NCBI GenBank assembly: GCA_947627935.1
Contig: CANQXY010000006.1
Span: 1-58,807 of the forward strand
Length of the DNA: 58,807 nt
Reading direction: 5' to 3'
Origin: an uncultured Clostridia bacterium
Lineage (GTDB): Bacteria > Bacillota > Clostridia > TANB77 > CAG-508
Part shown: piece by piece, positions 20,689 through 31,219 of the stretch
Position numbering within the stretch: position 1 is the first letter of the stretch
Layout of the letters: each line of letters opens with the position of its first letter
Translations under genes and position numbers: made by a program
The notes under the pieces: model-generated
Seen by the model: the letters and a program-made list of their open reading frames with translations, nothing else
The model's database searches: none
Told to the model about the DNA's origin: nothing

Positions 20689-22968
20689 CTATTTTTGTAC
20701 TTTTGCTTGTTTTATACTACTATAATTATTATATACAGTTACACTTCCATATTTTGTATAGCCACATACTTTATAATAATAAGTTTTTCCTTTAGATAAT
20801 TTAGAAACAGTACATCTATTATTTTTTAATGTATTAATTTTTTTATAATTTCCTTTATTAGAAGTTGCTTGATATATTTCATAATTAGTCATTCCACTAG
20901 ATTTTTTCCATCTTATTTCTATTTTCCCTTTGCTTATATTTCTTACACTTGATAATGTAACTGGCTTTATATCAAAATATTTTGTATTAACTTTAATTAT
21001 ATTCTTTTCATTACTTTTTAAAGTATTATTTTGTAACTTTACAGCATATTTGTTACTTTTTATATAAATTGGATATGTTGCTTTACTTACTTCATTATTA
21101 ATAATATTAGCTTTTCCATTGTCTATTCTTATGCCATAATTCGTTTTGTTTCCAGAAGCAGTATTGTTTTTTATATTAAAAGTTTTTGATTTGTCTCCAT
21201 CTATAAAAATAATAGTAAATAATTTTCCTGATGGGTTTGAAGTAGTTATTTTATTTCCAGTTATTGAAACATTACTAGAAGATTTTACAATACGTATTCC
21301 ATAAACCATTTTCCCTGTAATTGTATTTTTTGCTATGTTATTAACTTTTGAATTATCTACATCTTTTATTCCACAACCAGTTTTATAATTATTTATTGAA
21401 ACTTTATTGTTATTAATATTTTGAACAGTTGATTTATCTCTAATATATATTCCTTCTTTTTTTGCTCCACTAATTGTATTTTTTTCGATAGTTTTTACTT
21501 TACTATTAGTTAAATATATGCCACATTGTTTACTTGATGATATTTTATTATTATATACTTTACCTTTTACTGTACTTACATCTCCACAAGCAATACCATC
21601 TGTTCCAGCATTTTTTATGACATTATTATATATATTACCTGTAACAGTAGAATGATAAATTTCTATTCCTACTTCCACTGTATTTTCTACAGTATTATTA
21701 TATATGTTTTTAACAAATGAACATAAATGAACGTAAATTCCATGTTCTCCGGTACCTTTTACAGTATTGTTGCATATATTTCCTTTAACTCTAGCATGTG
21801 TATCAACATATATTCCAGATAAACATCCTTTTTTAACTTCTTTTTCCCAATTTTTGCTAGGTTTATATGTTCCACAATTTTCCAATACATTATTTTCAAT
21901 ATTTTTTTCTACATATGCTGTATCTTGATATATATTACTTAAACTTGCAGATGGACCAGAATATACAGCTATTCCTGCATATGTAACGTTTTTAACTGTA
22001 TTTTTACTTATTTGTGTACAATATGTATTAGCTTTCATCATACTATCTACAATAATACCATAATCTCCTTCATTTCCATTATGATTTCCACCTATTGTAT
22101 CTAAATAATTATTTGATATTACTCCACAGTGTGATGCATGATAAATTCCTATTCCGTCACCAGTACAATTTTTAATATTATTATTTATAATATCTCTTGC
22201 AACACTTCCATTTATTTTATTTGTTGGTCCTGTTAATAAAATTGCAGTTCCTTTTCCGTTAAATATTTTATTATTTGAAATATTTCCTTTTATAGAACAT
22301 CCTGTATATAATTCAATACCTGTACTACTAAAACTTGAAATATTACATGCATTAATTTCATCTGCTGATGATAATTTAAAGAAAATTCCTGTTTCTCCAC
22401 CTTGGCAAGTAATTGATTTTACTGCTTTTAAAGAAGATTCAAGAGCATAAATACCATTTTCTTTGTAACCTTTTATTGAAATACTATTAACATTAATATT
22501 TTTGGCTTGCTTTATATATATTCCTCCACCTTTAATTGTTCCATTAGATATTTTTACATTATTAGCGCCTGGTTTTACATATACAGCATATGAACTAGAT
22601 TTTCCAGTATAATTAAATGTAGATCCAATAAGACTTAATGATGAATTTGCATTCATTGTTATTTGCCCATTTATATTAATTGTTGTTCCTTTTGTTGTTA
22701 GTATATCTGTATAACTTGGAATTGCTATTCCTGATTCTAGGGTATAATTTCCTGAAGATAAAGTAATTTCATACACATTATTTTTTGTCGCATTTTTCTT
22801 AGCATTACTTATAGCATTAGTGAATTCTGTTGCATTTTTTACAGTAATTTTTTTTGTTACTGCATAAGAATTACATGACAAAACATTTAAGATTATTGCT
22901 ACAAACATAAAAATAAGCAATAATTCAAATTTAACTTTAACTTTATTTAATTTAAATTCTCTTTTCAT
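20689..22968 (-). CDS. Secreted right-handed parallel beta-helix protein with C-terminal fibronectin type III domain
   Basis: Signal peptide; many IxNNxIxxxxxxGIxx repeats; IRWKK...YEIY...LSKGKTYYYKV FN3 pattern. Confidence 0.85.
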   Translation of the reverse strand: MKREFKLNKVKVKFELLLIFMFVAIILNVLSCNSYAVTKKITVKNATEFTNAISNAKKNATKNNVYEITLSSGNYTLESGIAIPSYTDILTTKGTTININGQITMNANSSLSLIGSTFNYTGKSSSYAVYVKPGANNVKISNGTIKGGGIYIKQAKNINVNSISIKGYKENGIYALESSLKAVKSITCQGGETGIFFKLSSADEINACNISSFSSTGIELYTGCSIKGNISNNKIFNGKGTAILLTGPTNKINGSVARDIINNNIKNCTGDGIGIYHASHCGVISNNYLDTIGGNHNGNEGDYGIIVDSMMKANTYCTQISKNTVKNVTYAGIAVYSGPSASLSNIYQDTAYVEKNIENNVLENCGTYKPSKNWEKEVKKGCLSGIYVDTHARVKGNICNNTVKGTGEHGIYVHLCSFVKNIYNNTVENTVEVGIEIYHSTVTGNIYNNVIKNAGTDGIACGDVSTVKGKVYNNKISSSKQCGIYLTNSKVKTIEKNTISGAKKEGIYIRDKSTVQNINNNKVSINNYKTGCGIKDVDNSKVNNIAKNTITGKMVYGIRIVKSSSNVSITGNKITTSNPSGKLFTIIFIDGDKSKTFNIKNNTASGNKTNYGIRIDNGKANIINNEVSKATYPIYIKSNKYAVKLQNNTLKSNEKNIIKVNTKYFDIKPVTLSSVRNISKGKIEIRWKKSSGMTNYEIYQATSNKGNYKKINTLKNNRCTVSKLSKGKTYYYKVCGYTKYGSVTVYNNYSSIKQAKVQK

Positions 22969-23117
22969 ATTTTTACCCTTTCTTAATTATTCTATATTAC
23001 TATTATTTTTTTCTAGTAATATTACAAAATTTTATTTTAAAAAAGATACAATAATAATTTTTATATTATTAATTATATCTTTTTTGTTAATTATATTTCA
23101 AATTGTCTAATAAATAA

Positions 23118-25052
23118 TTATACAATTTCTAACTCTTTTAATTTTTCATATATCCTATTAATATTTTTTCCATCTGTAAATTCATTAATAGTCAAATATC
23201 TTTTTTCAAATTCTTTTGTTCTAACTTTATTTAAATTTATTTTTTTATCAATTATAGTATCTTTTATTATATCTTCTAACTCACTCATATTATATGCTCT
23301 TTTTCCTATATATTCTTCATCAGATGGAATTAATTTTCCATTTTCAGCTTCATAAAATTCCAAATCAGGTTGATAGAATATTACTCCTGCACCTTGATAA
23401 AATGAGTTATAACATACTGATGAATAATCTGTTATTAACAATTTGGTTTTTTCTAATGCTTTTGATATTGGTTGATCCCATAAACTTTCTTTTAAATCAG
23501 TATTTGAAATTAATTCAAAAGCTTTAGGATGAGATATTATTATTATCTTCTCTTTATCTATATATTTTTTGAGCATATCACAAATTTCTATTGTATTTTT
23601 ATATGTTTCAGACTCTTCAAAATTATATAAATGCTCTTCATAAGGTTTCCATGTCATCATTATAGTTATATAATCTTCTGTGTTATTATTAATATGTTCA
23701 TGTTTTATTTTACTAAATATTGGAAGTCCAGTATTTATAACTTGCTCTTCATCTAGTTTTAACATATCAACTATAACATCTTTTTCTTTTTCACTACCAC
23801 ATATCATATAATCTGGAGCTGCTTCTCTATTTTTTATATATGCAGAATTACTTCCATGGCATTTTAAGTATGTTATACCATGTTGTAAAAATATAAATTT
23901 CTTATCTGTTAAATTTTTTCTTAATATTCCGTTATTTGAACGAATAATGCTTAAGTGTAATGGTGCTTCTGTTGCTATACAATTATCTGCATTATACATT
24001 ACCCAATAATACTTTAATGAATATTTTTTTAATACCCCTTTAACATCTTTTATTTTCTCATAATCATCTGATTCTTTAGTTATTATAAAGTAATTTTTTG
24101 CATAATTATGTTCTTGAAATAGTAAAAATAAATCATATGCTCCTTCTTCAACTTTAGATGTATATTTTTCATAAAATACATTTATTTTCTTTCTTCTAAA
24201 ACATTTCATAATTTTAGATAAATAATAAAAGATGTATGAAACTAGTTTACTTTCTAGTATTTTAAATTTAAAAGTATTTTCTATTGGTTCTTTTAATCTT
24301 TTTACTAATACAAACGCTCCACTTAAATTTCTTCTAATATGTACAGCATAATCTTTTACATATATAGCTTTAATTGGATTATAATAATATTTTTTATTTT
24401 TTATTCTTTTTTCTTTTTTTCCAATTTTATAATCAATTTCATTTCCATCTATGTCTATTGTAAATCTCACTGGGCCATTTATTGTAGATTCATCACTTAA
24501 TATATCGTTCATTGGAAATTTAAATTTAAAAAAGTTCTTTTTTCTTAATGCTTTAATTTTAGATATTTTAAGTGGATATTCGCTTAATTTACATTCTGTA
24601 TATAGCTGATTATCAATATAAAATCTTTCTTCTCCTAATTCTAGATTATATTTATTTATTAAATAAGCACATATAGTTGTTTTTATTCGCTTTTTATTTA
24701 AAGAAAAATTTATTATCTTGTACTTTAGTTTCACTAAACTTGTATATGCTTTTTTTATATTACAATATGAATACATAATTGACTTATCATTACTATATAC
24801 AAAAATAACATCTTCTACATATTCTTCGTCTGTATCTTCTATTTCATCATATTGTGCCGGTTTATCAATTTTTTGAATAAATAATAATTTATTTTTATCT
24901 AAATCACTACTAGCTTTTAAATGAGATTTATATTTTTTTCCATATTCTAATAATTCGATAGGTATTTTTTCTATATAATCTGCACTTTTTCTTGCTGCCT
25001 TTTTTTCTATTATTAATACATTTCCATCTAATGAAACTTCTATTTTACTCAA
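23118..25052 (-). CDS. CDP-glycerol glycerophosphotransferase family protein (TagF-like)
   Basis: FIFLQHGI, TGLP, LITDYSSV; TTG start with GGAGG. Confidence 0.85.
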   Translation of the reverse strand: MSKIEVSLDGNVLIIEKKAARKSADYIEKIPIELLEYGKKYKSHLKASSDLDKNKLLFIQKIDKPAQYDEIEDTDEEYVEDVIFVYSNDKSIMYSYCNIKKAYTSLVKLKYKIINFSLNKKRIKTTICAYLINKYNLELGEERFYIDNQLYTECKLSEYPLKISKIKALRKKNFFKFKFPMNDILSDESTINGPVRFTIDIDGNEIDYKIGKKEKRIKNKKYYYNPIKAIYVKDYAVHIRRNLSGAFVLVKRLKEPIENTFKFKILESKLVSYIFYYLSKIMKCFRRKKINVFYEKYTSKVEEGAYDLFLLFQEHNYAKNYFIITKESDDYEKIKDVKGVLKKYSLKYYWVMYNADNCIATEAPLHLSIIRSNNGILRKNLTDKKFIFLQHGITYLKCHGSNSAYIKNREAAPDYMICGSEKEKDVIVDMLKLDEEQVINTGLPIFSKIKHEHINNNTEDYITIMMTWKPYEEHLYNFEESETYKNTIEICDMLKKYIDKEKIIIISHPKAFELISNTDLKESLWDQPISKALEKTKLLITDYSSVCYNSFYQGAGVIFYQPDLEFYEAENGKLIPSDEEYIGKRAYNMSELEDIIKDTIIDKKINLNKVRTKEFEKRYLTINEFTDGKNINRIYEKLKELEIV

Positions 25053-25059
25053 GATATTA

Positions 25060-25296
25060 CCTCCTAACTTTATTACTTCTTAAAGATTTAAAAATTTTAC
25101 TTAAAAACCTTTTTTCTTCCTTTTTTCTCTTTCTTTTCTCTTTTTATCTTTTTCTATTTTTGTTTCTTTTTCTTTTTCTTTAAACTTTAATTTACAATTT
25201 GACTTTAGATATATTTTTTTCATTTAATTTATACTCTATAAATATTTTTAATTTATCGTCGCAATCTTTACTTATTGGGATTTTTATTTTATTAAT
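25060..25296 (-). pseudogene. Possible decayed 3' gene remnant
   Basis: Protein-like pieces in three frames (IKIPISKDCDDKLKIFIEYKL; KLKFKEKEKETKIEKDK; KEEKRFLSKIFKSLRSNK) with no clear RBS. Confidence 0.3.
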
Positions 25297-25623
25297 TTAT
25301 ATTGCAATGCAAATTGCACCTATTAAAATGCACAAAACTCCTAAAATTTTTTTCTTACCTATTTTTTCATCTAACAATTTATATGAAATAAACATTGTCC
25401 ATATATAAGTTAAAGAAGTCAATGGTAATACAACAGAATATTCTAAATACTTTAATATATATATATTTAATAAAGCTGAGATTAAGTATAATACTCCGCC
25501 TATATAAATATTTTTATCTTTCAAAATTTCTATAATACTATCTGAATTAGAAGCTTTTTTCAAAAATAATGATGCAAATGATCCTATCATAGTCATTATA
25601 ATAAGAATTATATAAAATATCAT
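25297..25623 (-). CDS. Small 4-TM EamA/DMT protein (ArnE/ArnF-like flippase subunit)
   Basis: 108 aa, LEYSVVLPLTSLTYIW, LLDEKI. Confidence 0.8.
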   Translation of the reverse strand: MIFYIILIIMTMIGSFASLFLKKASNSDSIIEILKDKNIYIGGVLYLISALLNIYILKYLEYSVVLPLTSLTYIWTMFISYKLLDEKIGKKKILGVLCILIGAICIAI

Positions 25624-25961
25624 TTTTTACCATCACCACCTATTAAAATTACTCCAAGCATTATTATTACAATACCTATATATTGTAATAAACTTATAGG
25701 CTCTTTCAAAACAATATTTGCTATTATAATAGTCAATACATAATTCATACTTAGCATAGGTTGCAAGACTGATAATTCTCCAAATTTGTATGCATAAATC
25801 ATTACTAAAGCACCTATTCCATAAAAAGCAAAACCTAATAATAAATAAAACAAGTTTCCTTCTGCTGACAATTTCCAAAATAATTGTCCAATACAAACAC
25901 ATATTGAAGAAATAATCATTAAGCATATTCCTTTTTTATTTTTCTTTAAAACTTCTATCAT
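25620..25961 (-). CDS. Small 4-TM EamA/DMT protein (ArnE/ArnF-like flippase subunit)
   Basis: 113 aa, GQLFWK, GELSVLQPMLS, LKEPI; ATGA overlap with its partner. Confidence 0.8.
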   Translation of the reverse strand: MIEVLKKNKKGICLMIISSICVCIGQLFWKLSAEGNLFYLLLGFAFYGIGALVMIYAYKFGELSVLQPMLSMNYVLTIIIANIVLKEPISLLQYIGIVIIMLGVILIGGDGKK

Positions 25962-25974
25962 TATAGTTTCTCCT

Positions 25975-26913
25975 TTAGTTTAATTTATTTATTGACTCTA
26001 TCATATAATTATTTTTCTTAAATATTAAGTTTAATAATATTTCTAAATATTTTATAATAATTGATAGTATTATAAATAATCCTAAAAATCCTACTGATAA
26101 GAACAACATTGTTGTTGTCCATCCTTGAACTGGTGCATTTTTTATAAATACAGTTATTGTATAAATTGCTACTAAGAATGTTATAAGAATCATAATAGCA
26201 GACATTGTAATAGCAAATTTATATCCTATATTTGTAAATAAGATTAACGAATTTATTGCAGTTTCTTTTCTAGTTTCTTTTACTTTTTTATTAAATTTTC
26301 TTGTTTCTTTTCTATAAGGATTATATATTAAATTGTATATTTTTAATCCACAATTCGCATATATTGCTTTACGATATGGAATATTATCGCTTATTGAATG
26401 AATTCTATTTATTGCTCTTCTAGATAAAATTCTAAATGTTTCTGTTTGTAATTTATATTCTAAATGTGAATATTTATTAAATATTTTATAAAATATTGAT
26501 GATGTTTTTGTTTTATTATTTTGTGATGTAGCACTAACAATATCATATCCTTCTAAACATTTATTATATACTTCCATAATTGTTTCTTTACTATAATCAT
26601 TCATTATATTATCAAATTCATATATGAAGTCTCCAATAGCAAAATCGACCCCTGCATTCATAGATAATTCAATTCCTTGATAATAACTCATATTAATAGT
26701 AGTTAATATTTCATCTTGTAAAGTTTTAGCAAAATTTTCTATTTTATCAAAAGAATTATCTGTTGATGCATCATTTACACAAATTATTTCATATTTATTA
26801 AAGTTTTCCTTTAAAATATTATTAATATTTGTTAATGTTTGTTCAATCTCTTTTTCATTATTATATACATATATCACTGCTGATATAAAATTCTTTTCTT
26901 TATTACTTATCAC
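25975..26913 (-). CDS. GtrB-like GT2 with degenerate catalytic motifs
   Basis: VNDASTD and two C-terminal TMs with GWTT; DADLQ replaced by EFDNIM. Confidence 0.75.
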   Translation of the reverse strand: MISNKEKNFISAVIYVYNNEKEIEQTLTNINNILKENFNKYEIICVNDASTDNSFDKIENFAKTLQDEILTTINMSYYQGIELSMNAGVDFAIGDFIYEFDNIMNDYSKETIMEVYNKCLEGYDIVSATSQNNKTKTSSIFYKIFNKYSHLEYKLQTETFRILSRRAINRIHSISDNIPYRKAIYANCGLKIYNLIYNPYRKETRKFNKKVKETRKETAINSLILFTNIGYKFAITMSAIMILITFLVAIYTITVFIKNAPVQGWTTTMLFLSVGFLGLFIILSIIIKYLEILLNLIFKKNNYMIESINKLN

Positions 26914-28030
26914 CTTTCAACACCTCATCTAAATCATATACTGTATTTATTTTTCCAGATAAAACACTTATAAATGTTGGATTTGTAGTAAATTGTTTTA
27001 TTACTGTTGGCCTAGAGTCATCTATTTCAGAAGCCTTAAAAATTGGTTTCATTGAAAACAATGATTTTTTATATTCAAATTTATAATCATCTTTTATATA
27101 TTTCCTTGCAAGATTAGACATATATGGCCATGCACTTTCAGGTTTTGCTATACAATCATTACAATTTTTTAAATCTTCTTTAGAGCAAAATCCTTTACTT
27201 CTTTTCTGACATTCAAAAGTTGGAAGTTCATCATAGCTTGTCTTATGTGGAGTAAAAGTTACAGATGTTAATGAATGATATCCAGTTTTTCCAAATGGCA
27301 TAATAGAAAAGAAAGGTCCATCCATAACTGTAATTCCTGTATTTTTTAATTTCTCATCTACATCGCATAATATTATTTCACATAATTCATATTTGATTTT
27401 GAATTTTTCAAATCCAAGTTTGTCTAAAATTTCATTTGCACCTGCATATGTACAATTTAAAAGGAAATTAGTTTTATATACTTCATTTGTTTTTAATTTT
27501 AATTCATAATAGTCATCTTTTTGTTCAATTGTATCTATATTTGCATTATATTGTATTTTAACTTTTGGATATTTTTCTAATTCTTCTAAAAAATATTTTT
27601 TTAAAATTTGAGCATCATATGTATATTCCTTTGTTAAAAAAGCTCCATCACACATTTTTTCTTTAAAATATTTATCAACTGAAATTTCATCACACATAAT
27701 GTTTGCATTTTCACAAAACTTTTTAAATTGCTTAGCATCTGTCCAAGAGAAGTTTGTTGAAGTTGCATAAACTTGATCAAATTCAGATAAAATAGAAAAA
27801 TCAAAGTCTTTATTAAATCTTTCAAAATATCCTGCTGATTTTATAGCTGTTGAATAAGACCTTGGATAATGGTATCCCATATGTACTCTTGCTTGATTTA
27901 TGTATGTAGCTCTTTTAAATGCTTCTGAATCTTTTTCAAGAACCAATATGTTTTCACCATTTTTTGCACAAAATAATGCTGAATATAGTCCATAAATTCC
28001 TGCTCCTATAATAATTTTATCATAATCCAT
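26903..28030 (-). CDS. FAD-dependent oxidoreductase (DAO-like)
   Basis: IIGAGIYG, NQARVHMGYHYPRS, MDGPF, SGKI. Confidence 0.85.
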   Translation of the reverse strand: MDYDKIIIGAGIYGLYSALFCAKNGENILVLEKDSEAFKRATYINQARVHMGYHYPRSYSTAIKSAGYFERFNKDFDFSILSEFDQVYATSTNFSWTDAKQFKKFCENANIMCDEISVDKYFKEKMCDGAFLTKEYTYDAQILKKYFLEELEKYPKVKIQYNANIDTIEQKDDYYELKLKTNEVYKTNFLLNCTYAGANEILDKLGFEKFKIKYELCEIILCDVDEKLKNTGITVMDGPFFSIMPFGKTGYHSLTSVTFTPHKTSYDELPTFECQKRSKGFCSKEDLKNCNDCIAKPESAWPYMSNLARKYIKDDYKFEYKKSLFSMKPIFKASEIDDSRPTVIKQFTTNPTFISVLSGKINTVYDLDEVLKGDK

Positions 28031-28042
28031 TTTAATGCTCCT

Positions 28043-28846
28043 TTATTTTTTTGAATCTATATTATATTTTCCTCTCATATTATTAAATAATATTTTCATT
28101 AATTCTGAATTTCCCTTGAAAAAACTTATTTTCGTTGGAGTTTTTCCTTTTTTAGGATATTCTCTTCTTACTGGCACTTCACAAGTTTTCATTTTTAATT
28201 GTGAAGCTTTTACAGATAAAAATGCTAATAATTCATATGTCATAAATATATCTCTAAATGGCTGTACTTCTGGGTGTATTAAATATTTCTTTGAATATGC
28301 TCTATATGCATTTGTTGTATCTGTAAAACGTTCTCCTGCTGTTATTGATATTATTGGTGCATGTATTAGTTTTACAGATATTAATCTAATAAATGGTGTA
28401 TTAATAGCTTGCCCGCCTTTTATAAATCTTGAACCTTGAACAAAATCATACCCTTCTTCAAGTTTTTCAATAAATTTAGGTACATCTTCAATGCTATCTT
28501 TATTATTTCCATCAATCGTTATAATTCCATCATAGCCTCTTTCAAGAGCAAAATACATACCCATTCTTAGTTGTGCTCCTTGTTTTCCTACATCTTGTTT
28601 TATTAATAATGTATTCACTCCTAGTGATTTTAAATTTTCATCTTCTGTTGAACCATCTGTTGATCCTCCATCACATATTATAATGTCAGCCATTTCATTT
28701 ATTTTATATTTCTTAGCTGTCTCTAACTCTTGTTTTATTCTATCTCCTTCATTTATGATAGGAATACAGATACAATATTTCGTTTTTTTATTTTCATATT
28801 CTCTAGCTTCAAACTTTGGAACACCCTTAATATTTTCATATATCAT
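28043..28846 (-). CDS. GT2 polyprenol-phosphate sugar synthase-like (DPM1-like, no TM)
   Basis: ICDGGSTDGS, FVQGSRF, DTTNAYRAY. Confidence 0.82.
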   Translation of the reverse strand: MIYENIKGVPKFEAREYENKKTKYCICIPIINEGDRIKQELETAKKYKINEMADIIICDGGSTDGSTEDENLKSLGVNTLLIKQDVGKQGAQLRMGMYFALERGYDGIITIDGNNKDSIEDVPKFIEKLEEGYDFVQGSRFIKGGQAINTPFIRLISVKLIHAPIISITAGERFTDTTNAYRAYSKKYLIHPEVQPFRDIFMTYELLAFLSVKASQLKMKTCEVPVRREYPKKGKTPTKISFFKGNSELMKILFNNMRGKYNIDSKK

Positions 28847-29632
28847 ATAAACACCCCTTTTACATAATTCACAACATCTTTAACCTTTTCTATGTCGTTT
28901 TGATTTTTCATCTCAATTGAAATATATTTATCATAATTGTTCTTATTCAAAATATTTTTCAATTTATTATGCATATCTCTTTTTTGTATTGATTCTAAAT
29001 TTGGTTCACTAATATGTATATGATTTACTAAATGTATATTTTCTTCTATTATTTCAATATTTTCATTATTTTCAATAATAGTTCCTAAATCCACATTTAC
29101 TTTTACAGCTTTACAATCTATATCTTTTACAATATCAAATGCTTGTTTAGTTGTATTTATAAAATTAGTATTATATATTGTTGGATTTGGTTCAATAGCA
29201 AATACTGTATGTTTTTGTTGTGCATATTCTCCAATTGTTTTAAAAAATTTTAGTGCTATTTCATAATCATTTTCATTTTGTATATTTCTATTTTTAGGAC
29301 AACCAAAAACTAAATTATCACAATTTATAATACTTGCAAAATCAATTGCTTTTTTAGTATACTCTATAAGTTCATTTCTTTCTTCTACACTACCGAAAAA
29401 TTTTTTCTTGTTTTCCAAACCAGATTGATTGCATAGAAGATATTTTTAAATTATAATTTTGCTCTAATTTTTCAGCAAATTCTTTAGCTTTATCTAATTG
29501 ATTATATGGATCATTTGCAAAAATTCTTGTTGGTGCAATTTCTAACCCAGAAAATTTATTATCTGAAATATATTTATACATTTCTTCATCATTTTCACTT
29601 GACCATGCAATATTAGATATTGATAATTTCAT
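28843..29632 (-). CDS. Sugar-phosphate isomerase/epimerase (xylose isomerase-like TIM barrel); +1 shift at TTT-CGG-T (skip base 29395), 262 aa joined
   Basis: SISNIAW, GLEIAP, SMQS in ORF 29390..29632; VFGCPKNR, IEPNP, DLG, HIHISEP, SIEM in ORF 28843..29418. Confidence 0.85.
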
Positions 29633-29646
29633 TTCTCTTTTCTCCT

Positions 29647-31218
29647 TTATTTTTTCTTTACTACTAATTCTCCATTTGAAATTGTAATTACTTTTTCTTT
29701 ATTTTTATTCATATCTTTAACTGTAATTTTTTTAATTACCAAATTATCACCGCCACCATATTTTTCAACATATATTAAATATCTTTTTTTATTTTTCTTT
29801 GTTTGTTCTTGTGCAGTTCCATATGTTTGCCATTCATAAATACCTCTTTCAAATAATAAATTCATATATCCTCTTATACTTGTATTTGAGCACATAACAC
29901 TATTACTTTTTTTATAATTTTCTTTAATATATTCTGCAAATTTGTTATTATTTTCATAATATGTATTTATTCTTACATAATTATTTATACCTTGCTTATA
30001 TTGTACTAGGTTAGTTACAGCTATAATTGCTAGTATAGCTACAATAAAATGAATAAATATTTTTTTATCTTCCTTAATTATATTATAAATTGTTATTATT
30101 AAAATAAAGAACATACTAATTAAAATATATACAAATTTCAATCTATCAAAAGTGTATTCTATTGCATGTTGTAACATGACAATATTTTCTAAAAGTATAA
30201 AAGTAAAAAATATTATTACATATTTATATTCTTTTATTAATTCTAACAAATGTTGTCTATATTTTTTTATACTCAAAATAGCCATTAAAAGTGCTACACA
30301 CAATAATATCATATAACCATATGACATATAATATCCTTTTAGTAGCAGACCTATATTAGCTTTAGTACTTACAGTATTTCTTGCAAAAAATCTTGCTTTC
30401 AATGCATAGAAATAATTTTCAACATCAACATTTAATAAAAAGTGCAATGAAAATAATCCAAATGAAGCTATTGTTAATATTCCTATACCTAATGGCGCTA
30501 GGAATGATTTTAATCTTAATTTCTTATTTTTAATAATATCTTCTAAGAATAAAATTAAAGCAAATCCTACATTACTAATATATCCTGTCCATTCTGCATA
30601 TGGCATTATTAAACACATTATAAAAAACGCTATTTTGGACTTTTTACTATTTTTATAATTCAAATAGAAAATAAATTGTAAAGCCAATAATAATTGGAAT
30701 ATAGAATGAATCCAATATATTACTCCTTGAGAATGCATTACTTCTATTTGAAATAAATATATCAAACTTGTACATAATATAATAACATTTTTGCTTAGAT
30801 ATTTTGAAAACAACTTATAAAAGATATATATTGTTAAAATTAATGTTATTATTTGTATTATGCTATTAAAAGCATATAAACTATATATATTAATTGGTAA
30901 ATTAAATACTTTTACAAAAAGATATGGGGCTACAAATCCAACTGGAGAAAAAGATGTATAATAGTAATTTCCTCTATTACCTTCAATACATGCTCCCCAA
31001 GGTATATGCTTGTCCTGTTTATCTCCTAAAGAAACAATAGGCAAAAATTTATGAGTAGTTATTTTTGTTTCATCATAACATTGCATAGTATACAAAACAT
31101 GATATGTAGCATCATTATTGTTATATTCCTCTGTTTTTTTAGGAATTCTTATTATAGTAGATATTATTATTAAAATTAAAACTATAAATGGGATACTGTA
31201 TTTCTTCAATTTTTCCAA
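29647..31218 (-). CDS. Polytopic membrane protein, probable GT-C transferase of the decoration cassette
   Basis: Multiple TMs, NDATYH, YTSFSP, EWTG, FDRLK; TTG start. Confidence 0.6.
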   Translation of the reverse strand: MEKLKKYSIPFIVLILIIISTIIRIPKKTEEYNNNDATYHVLYTMQCYDETKITTHKFLPIVSLGDKQDKHIPWGACIEGNRGNYYYTSFSPVGFVAPYLFVKVFNLPINIYSLYAFNSIIQIITLILTIYIFYKLFSKYLSKNVIILCTSLIYLFQIEVMHSQGVIYWIHSIFQLLLALQFIFYLNYKNSKKSKIAFFIMCLIMPYAEWTGYISNVGFALILFLEDIIKNKKLRLKSFLAPLGIGILTIASFGLFSLHFLLNVDVENYFYALKARFFARNTVSTKANIGLLLKGYYMSYGYMILLCVALLMAILSIKKYRQHLLELIKEYKYVIIFFTFILLENIVMLQHAIEYTFDRLKFVYILISMFFILIITIYNIIKEDKKIFIHFIVAILAIIAVTNLVQYKQGINNYVRINTYYENNNKFAEYIKENYKKSNSVMCSNTSIRGYMNLLFERGIYEWQTYGTAQEQTKKNKKRYLIYVEKYGGGDNLVIKKITVKDMNKNKEKVITISNGELVVKKK

Positions 31219-31219
31219 G

